From contig JAFVNW010000009.1 of the NCBI GenBank assembly GCA_017506175.1, positions 2,754 through 66,753 on the forward strand: a stretch of DNA of 64,000 bases, given 5' to 3'. Below, one piece after another: positions 19,791-29,828 of this stretch. The stretch is from Bacteroidales bacterium (GTDB lineage Bacteria; Bacteroidota; Bacteroidia; Bacteroidales; WCHB1-69). The translations under genes and the position numbers were made by a program. Each line of letters begins with the position of its first letter. Position 1 is the first letter of the stretch. The notes under the pieces are model-generated. The model searched no databases. It saw nothing but the letters and a program-made list of their open reading frames with translations, and was not told the DNA's origin.

Positions 19791-21779
19791 CTATTCTTCC
19801 TTCTTTTCCAAGTCTTCTTTCAATTTTTGGAGAACGCCGAGGTCACCCAAGGTGGTCTTTTCGGTCTTTTCATTGATAGAAGCGATTTCCTTGGCCTTCT
19901 TCTTGTCTTCAGCCATCATCTTCTTCTTGTCTTCCTCAGGGCTGAGTTGCCAAGTTCTGGTGTGAGAGAGGTTGATCTTCTTGGCTTCCTTGGAGAATTC
20001 AACAACTTTGAACTTGAGAGTTTCGTCAACTTTCGCAGTGTTGCCGTCTTCTTTGAGAAGTGCGCGGTTGAAAGCGAAGCCTTCGATACCGTAAGGCAGG
20101 GAAACAACGGCGCCCTTGTCGTTCATGCTAACGATGGTGCCTTCGTGTTCGGAACCGACGGTGAAAATGGTTTCGAATACATCCCACGGATTTTCTTCAA
20201 GTTGTTTGTGTCCGAGGCTCAGACGACGTTCTTCAACGTTGACTTCAAGAACAACAACATCGATTTTGTCGCCGATGTTGGTAAACTCTGCCGGATGTTT
20301 GATCTTCTTGGACCAGGAGAGGTCGGAGATGTGAATCAAGCCGTCGATGCCTTCTTCCAATTCCACAAAGATACCGAAGTTGGTGAAGTTGCGGACGGTG
20401 GCCGTATGCTTGGAGCCGACAGGATATTTTTCAGCGATGTTTTCCCACGGATCAGGAGTCAATTGTTTGATACCAAGCGACATTTTTCTTTCTTCGCGGT
20501 CGAGGGTCAGCAGAACGGCATCGATTTCGTCACCCACCTTGAGGAAGTCGTGAGCGGTGCGGAGGTGCTGTGACCATGACATTTCAGAAACGTGGATGAG
20601 GCCTTCAACGCCGGGCATGATTTCAAGGAAAGCACCGTAGTCGGCGATGACAACCACCTTGCCGTGAACTTTGTCACCGACCTTGAGGTTCGGATCGAGA
20701 GCATCCCACGGATGAGGAGTGAGCTGTTTGAGACCGAGAGCGATACGTTTCTTGTTCTCGTCGAAATCAAGGATGACCACGTTGATTTTCTGGTCGAGTT
20801 TGACGATTTCTTCCGGATGGATGATTCTGCCCCAAGAGAGGTCGGTGATGTGAATCAGACCATCTACGCCGCCAAGGTCAACGAATACACCATAGTTGGT
20901 GATGTTCTTAACCGTACCTTCGAGTACCTGACCTTTTTCAAGTTTGGCGATGATTTCAGCCTTTTGGGCTTCGAGTTCGTCTTCGATGAGGGCTTTGTGA
21001 GAAACAACCACGTTCTTGTATTCTTGGTTGATTTTGACAACCTTGAAGTCCATGGTTTTGTCAACAAACACATCGTAGTCACGGATGGGCTTGACGTCGA
21101 TTTGAGAGCCAGGAAGGAAGGCTTCGATGCCGAATACGTCAACGATGAGACCGCCTTTGGTTTTGCATTTAACATAACCGGTGATGACCTCTTCATCTTC
21201 GTAAGCCTTGTTAACACGCTGCCATGATTTGAGCAGACGGGCTTTTTTGTGGGAGAGTTGGAGCTGGCCGTTGGCATCTTCTTGGTTTTCAACGTAAACT
21301 TCAACTTCGTCACCGATCTTGAGGTTGGTGTTGTAGCGGAGTTCGGAGGCGGAGATGACGCCGTCGGATTTGAAACCGATGTTCACGACCACTTCGCGTG
21401 AGTTGATGGAAACGACGGTTCCCATAATCACAGCTTGTTCGTCAATGGACTTGAAAGACTTGGTGTAGAGGTCTTCCAGGTTCTTTTTTTCTGAATCACT
21501 GTATGATTTTCCTTTCTTTTCAACATCATTCCAATCGAAGTTGGCCATAATGTCTGCATAGGCGTTTTCGATTTCGTGCGCCTTGCGGGGAGCCTTGGGC
21601 GTTTCCGGAAGTTCGGAGGCTTCGGCTGCGGGTTCCTCTGCTACGGGAGCAGCTTCGGCTGCGGGTTCTTCCGCTACGGGAGCGGCCTCGGCTACGGGAG
21701 CCTCTTCTGCGGGAGCAGCTTCCATGGGTTGGTTTTCAGGATTGATTTCTTCAGTGTTGTTTAAAATTTCTTCTGCCAT
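19791..21779 (-). CDS. rpsA: 30S ribosomal protein S1 with Ala/Pro/Glu-rich N-terminal extension
   Basis: 662 aa. Six S1 OB repeats (e.g. GTVKNITNYGVFVDLGGVDGLIHITDLSW). Confidence 0.9.
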   Translation of the reverse strand: MAEEILNNTEEINPENQPMEAAPAEEAPVAEAAPVAEEPAAEAAPVAEEPAAEASELPETPKAPRKAHEIENAYADIMANFDWNDVEKKGKSYSDSEKKNLEDLYTKSFKSIDEQAVIMGTVVSINSREVVVNIGFKSDGVISASELRYNTNLKIGDEVEVYVENQEDANGQLQLSHKKARLLKSWQRVNKAYEDEEVITGYVKCKTKGGLIVDVFGIEAFLPGSQIDVKPIRDYDVFVDKTMDFKVVKINQEYKNVVVSHKALIEDELEAQKAEIIAKLEKGQVLEGTVKNITNYGVFVDLGGVDGLIHITDLSWGRIIHPEEIVKLDQKINVVILDFDENKKRIALGLKQLTPHPWDALDPNLKVGDKVHGKVVVIADYGAFLEIMPGVEGLIHVSEMSWSQHLRTAHDFLKVGDEIDAVLLTLDREERKMSLGIKQLTPDPWENIAEKYPVGSKHTATVRNFTNFGIFVELEEGIDGLIHISDLSWSKKIKHPAEFTNIGDKIDVVVLEVNVEERRLSLGHKQLEENPWDVFETIFTVGSEHEGTIVSMNDKGAVVSLPYGIEGFAFNRALLKEDGNTAKVDETLKFKVVEFSKEAKKINLSHTRTWQLSPEEDKKKMMAEDKKKAKEIASINEKTEKTTLGDLGVLQKLKEDLEKKEE

Positions 21780-21878
21780 AAAGCAAAATTGGTGATTCTC
21801 TTCGAATCGTTAAAAGTGTGAAACAATGGGGTTTACTACCAAAATTCAAGCCACAGAGCCCCTTGCGGTTTGAGGGCG

Positions 21879-21886
21879 CAAAAGTA
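21879..21886 (-). promoter_or_regulatory. Putative -7 promoter box (TAnnTTTG) for rpsA
   Basis: The plus strand reads CAAAAGTA, which is TACTTTTG on the minus strand, about 100 nt upstream of the rpsA ATG. Confidence 0.45.
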
Positions 21887-21989
21887 CAAAAAAATTTGTT
21901 ACAAAAAGCGCCCTAACTCATTATTGTTCAATTTTTTTTGCCAACTACTTCGACACGGGCTTTGAACGACCAAAGTCCCGATCTCCGAC

Positions 21990-23243
21990 CTAACATCTGG
22001 CACCATTCAAGAACAGCGTTTCCACCTTGTTGCTGCCGAAAGCATACGGCATGAACTCGATGGTTGAAATCGGCTTGGTGATGAAGAAATTTGCGATTTT
22101 GCCCTTCGTGATCGTGCCCAGCTCCTCCTCCACGCCCATGGCATAGGCGGTGTTGATGGTGGTGGCGTTGATGGCCTCTTCGGGCAACATCTTGTACTTG
22201 ATGCAGCCCATGGAAAGCACAAACTGCATGTTGCCCGATGGACAGGAGCCAGGGTTGAAATCCCCAGCGAGGGCCAGCGGCAGACCGGCTTCCATGATCT
22301 TGCGTGCGGGAGCGTAAACCATCCCGAGGAAGAAGGCGGCACCGGGCAGAATCGTCGGCATCGTCTCGGAACCTTTCAGCGCTTCAATCTCCTCGTCGCC
22401 GGTATATTCGATGTGGTCAACCGACAGTGCGTTGTACTTCACCCCAACCTGGATGCCGCCGGAGAAGTCGAGTTCGTTGGCATGGATTTTTGGACGAAGT
22501 CCGTACTTGATTCCCTGCATCAGGATGCGCTCGGTATCTTCCGGCGTGAAAAAGCCCTTGTCACAGAACACATCCACATAGTCGGCCAGCTCCTCAGAAG
22601 CTACCATTGGAATCATCTCGTTGATAATCAGATCCACATACTCGGTTTGGCGACCGATATACTCCATGGGCACGGCGTGCGCCCCAAGGAAATTCGCCTT
22701 GATGGTCAGCGGGGATTTCTCTTTCAGACGCCGAATCACGCGCAACATCTTCAGCTCGTCCTCGGTAGTCAGTCCATAACCACTTTTGATTTCAATGGCA
22801 CCCGTTCCGAAAGAGGCGACCTCCTCCAGACGCTTCCACGCATCCTCGAAGAGTTCATCCTCAGAGGCGGCACGCAACCGCTTGCAGGAGTTCAGAATTC
22901 CCCCTCCCCTCTTGGCAATCTCCTCATAGCTCAAACCTTTGATTTTGTCGATGTACTCGATTTCACGGCTTCCCGCATAAACGAGGTGGGAATGGGAGTC
23001 GCAAAAGGCCGGGAAAACCATCTTGCCAGCAGCATCCACAATCTCCACTTTCTCCTTGATATCCTTCAACATATCCTCGGAGAAATCGGACATTTTGCCA
23101 TAATCGGCAATTTTATCTCCAACAGTCAGCAAAAATGCGTCCTCAATGCAAGGCAAATTCTGCATATCCTTGCCGGCACGCCAGCGAATAGGCTTTTCCT
23201 CAGTCTGAATTAATTTCTTGATGTTTTTGATTAATAGAGCCAT
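21990..23243 (-). CDS. hutI: Imidazolonepropionase
   Basis: 417 aa amidohydrolase. FPAFCDSHSHLVYAGSR metal-binding motif and HANELD. Confidence 0.85.
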   Translation of the reverse strand: MALLIKNIKKLIQTEEKPIRWRAGKDMQNLPCIEDAFLLTVGDKIADYGKMSDFSEDMLKDIKEKVEIVDAAGKMVFPAFCDSHSHLVYAGSREIEYIDKIKGLSYEEIAKRGGGILNSCKRLRAASEDELFEDAWKRLEEVASFGTGAIEIKSGYGLTTEDELKMLRVIRRLKEKSPLTIKANFLGAHAVPMEYIGRQTEYVDLIINEMIPMVASEELADYVDVFCDKGFFTPEDTERILMQGIKYGLRPKIHANELDFSGGIQVGVKYNALSVDHIEYTGDEEIEALKGSETMPTILPGAAFFLGMVYAPARKIMEAGLPLALAGDFNPGSCPSGNMQFVLSMGCIKYKMLPEEAINATTINTAYAMGVEEELGTITKGKIANFFITKPISTIEFMPYAFGSNKVETLFLNGARC

Positions 23244-23292
23244 GATGAAAGATGAAAGATGAAAGATGAAAGATGAAAGATGAAAAATGAAA
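23244..23292. repeat. Heptanucleotide tandem repeat GATGAAA x6 perfect + 1 imperfect, abutting the hutI start codon
   Basis: Counted directly: six perfect units at 23244-23285, then AATGAAA at 23286-23292. On the hutI sense strand this reads (TTTCATC)n immediately 5' of the ATG. Confidence 0.95.
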
Positions 23293-23339
23293 ACTAAGAA
23301 CAGAGAACGAACTTTTATTGGTTCCTTGTCCTTAGTTTT
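23290..23339 (-). terminator. Imperfect long hairpin downstream of the lipoprotein gene
   Basis: AAAACTAAG (23290-23298) pairs with CTTAGTTTT (23331-23339), with inner GAAC/GTTC pairing. It lies 24 nt past the stop at 23363. Confidence 0.45.
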
Positions 23340-23362
23340 TATTGGTTATTATCTAATCGGAC

Positions 23363-24172
23363 TTAGAATTCGAATTCCAAATCGTCAATCCAAAGGGTGG
23401 AGCCCACTTGTCCTTGGCAGTTGGTAAGATCGGCGAAGTTGTAGCCGGCACTGGAGGAGAGGATGATGGAGATGTGGGTTGGAGTGGCGCTGGAGGTGTA
23501 GTTGATGTGGGCGTCGAACCCGGTCCAAGCGTTCACGTCACTGTAAACCATCTGCACGCCTTCGCCGATGATTTGGTCGCCGTCGTACAGTCTGACAATC
23601 ATCGAAGCGGAGTCACCAGCGACGGGGGTGTAACGGTAGTAGCCTTTGAAAACGGTCGGGCGAGCGGTATAAGGTCTTTTCACATTGATGCCGTCCGGGA
23701 ACTCATCGGGGGTGAGGAACTGATAGACATAGGTGGTGTCAAGCGGGGCTGTAGCGCCGGGAATCAGCAGACGTCCATGGCTGGCATCCCTCAATTCGCC
23801 AGTGACAAGCTTCAGTGCAAACCGTCCGGTGTGCGGGGTCACACTATCACAGTAAGTGGTAATCGGAGATTGCGTTAGCTGCATGGCTGGAACGTCCAAC
23901 ATCGCGTGCAGCGAGTTCAACGAGGTGAATACAGTGGAACGATATTCCAGATAAGTGTCAAATGAGGTGGTCTGGTTGAACCATTGGTTTTCAAAGCCGC
24001 CATCGATAATTTGATCAACGAAGGGCGCACAGGCCGGCATGGAGTTCGGAAACGAATTGTTGGTCGGGGTCGGGGTGGGTGTCGGGGCATCCGGTTCCTC
24101 CGGGTCAGTACAGCTTGCGAACAACAACGCCACCATTGCGATGGCCATAAACAGGAATTTTTGTTTTTTCAT
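23363..24172 (-). CDS. Surface/periplasmic lipoprotein, possibly PCMD-domain type
   Basis: Lipobox LLFASC, Pro/Thr linker, GGFENQW and C-terminal STLWIDDLEFEF. These resemble my memory of PCMD-domain proteins found next to TonB-dependent receptors. The family call is tentative. Confidence 0.45.
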   Translation of the reverse strand: MKKQKFLFMAIAMVALLFASCTDPEEPDAPTPTPTPTNNSFPNSMPACAPFVDQIIDGGFENQWFNQTTSFDTYLEYRSTVFTSLNSLHAMLDVPAMQLTQSPITTYCDSVTPHTGRFALKLVTGELRDASHGRLLIPGATAPLDTTYVYQFLTPDEFPDGINVKRPYTARPTVFKGYYRYTPVAGDSASMIVRLYDGDQIIGEGVQMVYSDVNAWTGFDAHINYTSSATPTHISIILSSSAGYNFADLTNCQGQVGSTLWIDDLEFEF

Positions 24173-24200
24173 TTTATTATCTTTTATTAATGGTTAATAA

Positions 24201-26672
24201 TTATAATCCGTAAACGAGTTGGAAGTTGAAAGTGCGCGGTGCTTCAAGATACATCGGGCGCAAGGTGTATTCATTGTTCAAAATATTCTTTACGATGAAA
24301 GAGACTTTCAAATCTTCAAGAATGTTGTACGATATTCCGACATCCAAACAGAAAGAGCCCTTCTGATGAGCATAGAAATAGTCGGAAAAACCCGTGAAAG
24401 GAAGGGTGCCGAGGGTGGAGATGAAACTGGCGGCAGCAGGGGAAAGATTCGGATTCTTGGCATCGAAATCGAAGAACATACCATCCACATTCTTCATCGC
24501 GCTATAGTAGGTCATTCCGATGTTCACGCCCAGTTTTTTGAAGAAGGTGAAGCCGAGGTCGCATTTGAAATTGTGCTGGATGCGCTATTTAAGGATGCCC
24601 TTCTTGGGATTGGACGCGGTGGTCATATAGGAATAGCCGGTGGAATCGCTGGTCATGTAGTAGATCTTCTTGCGGTTTTTAGTGATGGGGTAAGAGTAGG
24701 TGTAGCCGAATAGGAAATTAAACTCCACTTTCGGGGATATCTTGCCCATGCCTATCAGTGAGAGGTCCACACCGGTAATGGAGGCCGGACCGGTGTTCAG
24801 ATACATGAAGCCCATGTCGTCGAGGAAATTGCCTTTGGAACCCCAGTTGCCGAAGGCGAACTCGATGAAATTGTCGAACTGCTGGTGATAGGCGGCGACA
24901 TCGAAATAGCCACCGAACGGCCCCACGCGGAACGGCTGGGCAATACCAAACTCAGCGTTCCAGCTGCTCTCCGGTTTCAAGTTTGGATTCGGATAGAAAC
25001 CGTAATTGCCAACGGAAATGGATATGTAGCGTTCGCCAATGCTCGGATAGCGGTAGCCCTGCCCGAAAGAGGCACGGAACGCAGTGTGCCACTCCAACAA
25101 CTGGTAGTTGAGCCCGATGCGGAATATCGGCTTCTGCGCGAACTCATGGTCAATGACAAATGCCTCCCAACGTGCGCCCAGAACCAACGACAAATTCCTG
25201 TTTTTCAAGAACTTGTTTTCAATCTGCACATACGTGGCGAAGTTGTCGGATGTCATCAGGGCGGGCAGCGTGTCATAGTTGTTACCGCTGAAAACCCGTC
25301 CGAAAGAACGGGTGTACAAGTTCATCACACCAGCGGTGAGGGCGAAGTCCAAAGCGGCGAATTTCCAATCCTTCGTATATTGGAACTCATCGTATGCCAT
25401 CATTGACCGTGCGGACTGCGCACCAGTCATCTCCTTGTTGTCGCTATAGGTGATGCGGTTTTTCAGGGAATAGTAGGAGCCATCTTTACCCACGTAGCTG
25501 AGACACGGGTCCAAATAGAACATGAAGTCCTTGAAAACGGAAAGGGAGCCTTTGTAGGTGCGGTACTTGTTCTGTTCTGAATCATACCAGAAGAACGACT
25601 GCGCATTTTCAGAGTACATGAAGTTCCCGTTCAGGGAGGCGATCAAACCCTTCACCTTGTTGGGGCGATAGCGCATGCCGAAATTGAGTCGGGCGCGCAT
25701 TTCGTATTTGCCATCGTGATATTTGGTCTTCAGGACGGAATCTGCGGAAATCGGCCGCTCCGGTCCAATATAGCTCATGTCATCAAAGTACTCGCCGCCG
25801 ACAATCAGGTCGAAATCATTCTTGATGATGCGGGAATGAAGGAACGATGCACCCCACTTCATCGGGGGAACCTTGCCCCAGCTCTTTTCTTCCTTATTGC
25901 GCGGGGAGTCGTAGAGACCGTAATGGACAGTCACCTTGGTGGTGGGGTCGAGTCCCGGGTAGGCGGTTTGCGCGTTGATGGCGCCGGTGAGCGCGGAAGA
26001 ACCAAACAGCACGGAGGAGGCCCCCTTATAGATATCGATGGCACCGATATTCTCCATCGGGATGAAACTCCACATCGGGCGACCGGCATCAGGACGGAGG
26101 AACGGCATGTCGTCGAGCAGAATCAGCACGCGGCTACCCATACCGGAACTGAAACCGCTGCCACCACGGATTTGCGGCTCATTGTCCACTACGGCCACAC
26201 CAGGCACCTTGTCCACCATCTCGTTCACGCCCGTGGGATTCAAGTTCTGCATATCCTTCGGATTCACATTGACGATGGAACCCGTGGAAGTAGCCGGGTC
26301 ATTGTCAATCTTCTTGGCCACGATACTCGCACCTTCCACATCGTAAATCTCGGAAATCATCTTGACAACCAATTTCACCTTGGGCTCTTTTTTGGAGAAA
26401 TAGACTGTCTTTGTTTCCATTTTATATGTTGTATAGAAGAATGTCAACTCACAACTGTCGCCGTTGACTACAATCTCAAAATTGCCATCCACATCGGCCT
26501 GAGCCGGCTCACTCAGCGAAGGCGACATGATTTGCGTAAAAGGGATCGGTTTCCGCTGGGCCGCGTCATAAACGGTGCCGTAAACAATGTGTTTTTGTGC
26601 GAAAACGCTATTTATATTGCCACACAACAGAATTAATAACGCGATGGCGATTATCGGGAATAATTTCTTCAT
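24201..26672 (-). pseudogene. TonB-dependent receptor (CarboxypepD_reg-like + plug + barrel) interrupted by one in-frame TAG
   Basis: The 695-aa ORF (24585-26672) and the 108-aa ORF (24201-24527) are in the same frame (low coordinates differ by 384 nt). The TAG is at 24585-24587. Read-through gives ...KKGILK*RIQHNFKCDLGFTFFKKLGVNIGMTYY.... The downstream piece carries the terminal barrel strands (...RTFNFQLVYGL). Confidence 0.6.
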
Positions 26673-26708
26673 ACCAAATTATTATTTCTTGCACTAAAAA
26701 TCAGGCTG

Positions 26709-26716
26709 CAAAAGTA
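26709..26716 (-). promoter_or_regulatory. Putative -7 promoter box (TAnnTTTG) for the TonB-dependent receptor
   Basis: The plus strand reads CAAAAGTA, 37 nt upstream of ATG 26672. Confidence 0.45.
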
Positions 26717-26798
26717 CATTTTTTTTACTAATAGCCATTAATTTTTACATTGAAATATAACAATCTGTATATCAATATATTAAAATTATTAATAAAAC

Positions 26799-29123
26799 TT
26801 AAAACTCCAAGGTATTGTCGGGAATGACGAATGGTTGGGCAGCAGATTCCTGCATAAGGCAGCCGTTGGCATCCACATTCGCACCTTCTGGTTTAAGGAA
26901 TTCATAGCGGGGGTCGTTGGGGTCATGTTTGGCAATCACCGCCGCATAAGGCAGATTGGGATCGGAATAGACTTTTTTCATGAATAGGCCGAACACAGGC
27001 ATGGCGGCACGTGAACCCTGACCATTAGCCATTGAGTTGAAGTGTGCACTACGATCGTCGCAGCCCACCCAGACGCCGCAGGTCAGCATCGGGGAATAAC
27101 CGACGAACCACGCGTCAGAGTGATTGTTGGTGGTACCCGTCTTCCCGGCGATGGGGAAATTAAGTCCGTAGGTAGTTTTCAAGCGGTAGCCAGTACCATG
27201 TTCAACGACACCGCGCATTAGGCAGACAGTCTGGAAAGCAAGCAGTTGACTCATAGGATCATTCATACGAGGTTTTTCCTCATAAATCAGATGGTCGTTC
27301 TTGTCGCAGATTTTGACAATAAAGTAGGGTTTAACATATTCCCCCTGATTGGGAAAGCAGTTGATGGCGCCCACTTGCTCGTAAAGTGTTAATTCACAGG
27401 CTCCTAAAGCGATGGATGGAACGGCAGGGACTTTGCTGGTATCGATGCCCATACCGCCGATAAGCTGTTTTACCGCCTGCGGAGAGGTGCCGCCCTTGGT
27501 AATCAGATAGGCGGAGACGTTATTCAGGGATCGGGCCAGGGCTTCCTTCAGGCTCAGCGAAGAGGCACCTTTGTAAGTGGCAGCCACCGACCAGCCCGTT
27601 TTGGGCTCATACACCGACGTGTTGGGGACCATGGTACAGGGAGAGAGCATGCCGCCGCTGCCGTCCATAGCGGAGGCATAGACGTAGGGTTTGAAAGTGG
27701 AGCCCACCTGACGGCGGGAAGACATCACGTGATCGTATTGGAAAGCCTCGTAATTTACGCCGCCCACGTATGCCTTAATCTGTCCGCTGGTTGGTTCCAT
27801 GGCCATAAAGCCGCATTGAAGGAACGACTTCATATAACGGATGGAGTCATAGGGAGTCAAGGTCGTGTCTTTCTGATGGACGCCGTCCTCGGCAAGAATG
27901 CGCATTTTCACAGGTCGATAGAACTCTTTCTCTGCCTCGGCTGGTGCTTTGCCGCCTGTGACTGCCAGTCGGTAACGGGTGGAATTCTTGATGGCCCCCT
28001 TCATCAGCTTCTGGGTCTGCTCGGCGGAAAGATTATAGAAAGGCGCATTCTTGTTGCGACGTTGCTGAGCGAAGAACTTCGGCTGAAGGTCTTTTTTAAT
28101 ATGCTCATAGACAGCCTCTTCCGCATATTTCTGCATGGTAACGTCAATCGTGGTATAAATCCGCAGTCCATCCTTATACAAATTGTAGGGTTCGCCGTTC
28201 GGTTTCAGATATTTGGAAGTGCGACTGCAAATCAGCGTGTCAAGATAGCCACGAAGGTATTCCCTGAAATAGGTGGCTTTTCCGGTCGTGTGCGACTCAT
28301 ATGTGTAATTGTCCATGCTCAGCGGGATGTTTTTTATGGAATCCGCCTGCGAATCAGTCAAAAAATCATACTTGTTCATCTGCCCGATGACCACATTGCG
28401 ACGGGTTTGCGAGGCTTCGGGATGGGCAATCGGGTCGAAATTGCCGGGGGCTTTCAACATTCCGACAAGCATGGCGGCCTGTTCCACCGTCAAATCCTTC
28501 GGGGTGGTGGAGAAATAACGGTGAGCAGCGGTTTCAATTCCCATAGCCTGATGAGAAAAGTCAACTGTATTCAGGTACAGGGTGATGATTTCCTCCTTGG
28601 AATACTCGCGTTCCAGCCTTAGGGCAAGGATCCACTCTTTCAGTTTGGACTTCACCAGGTTTCCTGGTTCGCGGTCATACATGTTTTTGGCAAGCTGCTG
28701 CGTTATGGTGCTGCCACCGCCGCGCCCGCCGGTAAACAGTCCGAAAGCGACACGCACCAACGCGCGGAAATCAATCCCGCAATGGTCGTAATAACGCGCA
28801 TCTTCCGTGGCTATCAGTGCGTTAATCATATTGGGAGAAATATCTCTGAAATGACAGTTGGAACGGTTGTCGTAATAATAGCGGCCCAATTCCGTCACCC
28901 CGTCGGAGGCATAAACGATGGATGCCTGATAGGTCGTGTCTATGCGTTCCTGAAGTTCATACACATTGGCAATATCGTCATCATTGGCCAGACTGAGGAA
29001 ATAAACAACGACCACTGCCACGCACAACACGTACAAACACCAGAAGGGGACAATCAATTTGGAACGTTCGAGATTTGTTTTTCCCGAAACCGCTTTCTTC
29101 TTGCTACTTTTTGAACCGTACAT
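26799..29123 (-). CDS. mrcA: Penicillin-binding protein 1A (bifunctional transglycosylase/transpeptidase)
   Basis: Glycosyltransferase motifs EDARYYDH and GGSTITQQLAKN. Transpeptidase motifs STFKP and KTGTT. Confidence 0.9.
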   Translation of the reverse strand: MYGSKSSKKKAVSGKTNLERSKLIVPFWCLYVLCVAVVVVYFLSLANDDDIANVYELQERIDTTYQASIVYASDGVTELGRYYYDNRSNCHFRDISPNMINALIATEDARYYDHCGIDFRALVRVAFGLFTGGRGGGSTITQQLAKNMYDREPGNLVKSKLKEWILALRLEREYSKEEIITLYLNTVDFSHQAMGIETAAHRYFSTTPKDLTVEQAAMLVGMLKAPGNFDPIAHPEASQTRRNVVIGQMNKYDFLTDSQADSIKNIPLSMDNYTYESHTTGKATYFREYLRGYLDTLICSRTSKYLKPNGEPYNLYKDGLRIYTTIDVTMQKYAEEAVYEHIKKDLQPKFFAQQRRNKNAPFYNLSAEQTQKLMKGAIKNSTRYRLAVTGGKAPAEAEKEFYRPVKMRILAEDGVHQKDTTLTPYDSIRYMKSFLQCGFMAMEPTSGQIKAYVGGVNYEAFQYDHVMSSRRQVGSTFKPYVYASAMDGSGGMLSPCTMVPNTSVYEPKTGWSVAATYKGASSLSLKEALARSLNNVSAYLITKGGTSPQAVKQLIGGMGIDTSKVPAVPSIALGACELTLYEQVGAINCFPNQGEYVKPYFIVKICDKNDHLIYEEKPRMNDPMSQLLAFQTVCLMRGVVEHGTGYRLKTTYGLNFPIAGKTGTTNNHSDAWFVGYSPMLTCGVWVGCDDRSAHFNSMANGQGSRAAMPVFGLFMKKVYSDPNLPYAAVIAKHDPNDPRYEFLKPEGANVDANGCLMQESAAQPFVIPDNTLEF

Positions 29124-29181
29124 TTTTATAGGTTAAAGGTTTATGTTTTTGGGGTGGGTTTCAGCTACGAGATAATTGAAG

Positions 29182-29748
29182 TCAACGTCTCTTCCTAACT
29201 TCGGACTCTAAAAGTTCATACCAGTCATCGCCGTATTTGCGGATGAGAGGTTCTTTCAGGAAACGATAGACAGGTAATTTCATTTCTTCGCCCAATTGGT
29301 ATGCATCTTCGCACACGAACCAGCGATGGTAGTTCAGGGCGTCGTAGTCGGGTAGTTTTTTGATTCGGATGGGATATAAATGACAGGAGATGGGTTTGCG
29401 GAAATCGATTTCACCATTCAAAAAAGCCTTTTCGATGGCGCACTTGGCGATTCCGCTTTCGTAATAGACATAGGCGCATTCCTCGGTATTGTTGAGCAGC
29501 GGTGTAACGAACTGTCCTTCCATATCATAGTCGAAGGTGCCGTTTTTCTCCACCAGTTCCCTGCCCTCATCGGACATATATTGGCTGAAGACAGGGTAAT
29601 TGTCCTCCAAATCGCCAATTTCCTCCGGCTCGAGTGGCGCGCCCGTATCGCCCTCTACACAGCATTCCCCGCAACACGCCTTCAAATCGCAACAGAAGCA
29701 GTTGTCGATCAATTCATCCGAAACCAATACATTGCCTATTACCAACAT
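29182..29748 (-). CDS. DUF3109 family Cys-rich protein
   Basis: 188 aa. N-terminal CFCCDLKACCGECCVEGD cluster, as I recall for DUF3109. Confidence 0.55.
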   Translation of the reverse strand: MLVIGNVLVSDELIDNCFCCDLKACCGECCVEGDTGAPLEPEEIGDLEDNYPVFSQYMSDEGRELVEKNGTFDYDMEGQFVTPLLNNTEECAYVYYESGIAKCAIEKAFLNGEIDFRKPISCHLYPIRIKKLPDYDALNYHRWFVCEDAYQLGEEMKLPVYRFLKEPLIRKYGDDWYELLESEVRKRR

Positions 29749-29767
29749 AGATGAGTGGTTAATATGA

Positions 29768-29810
29768 ATAATGAATAGTGGTGGTCAGGCCATTATCCAC
29801 TATTCATTAT
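29768..29810 (-). terminator. 14-bp perfect-stem hairpin downstream of tnaA
   Basis: ATAATGAATAGTGG (29768-29781) pairs with CCACTATTCATTAT (29797-29810), with a 15-nt loop. It begins 19 nt past the tnaA stop. Confidence 0.55.
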
Positions 29811-29828
29811 CCAATATTCAATAACTGA

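Noticed and set aside
24201-24527. 108-aa ORF as an independent small gene
   Set aside because: It is in frame with, and continues, the upstream TonB-dependent receptor (terminal barrel strands). Its start is an internal GTG. It is treated as the 3' part of an interrupted gene.
26673-26798. Looked for riboswitch-sized structured leaders upstream of the TonB-dependent receptor (cobalamin) and the rib genes (FMN)
   Set aside because: The spacers are short (56-126 nt) and AT-rich, without the conserved G/C-rich cores. Nothing could be supported by eye.
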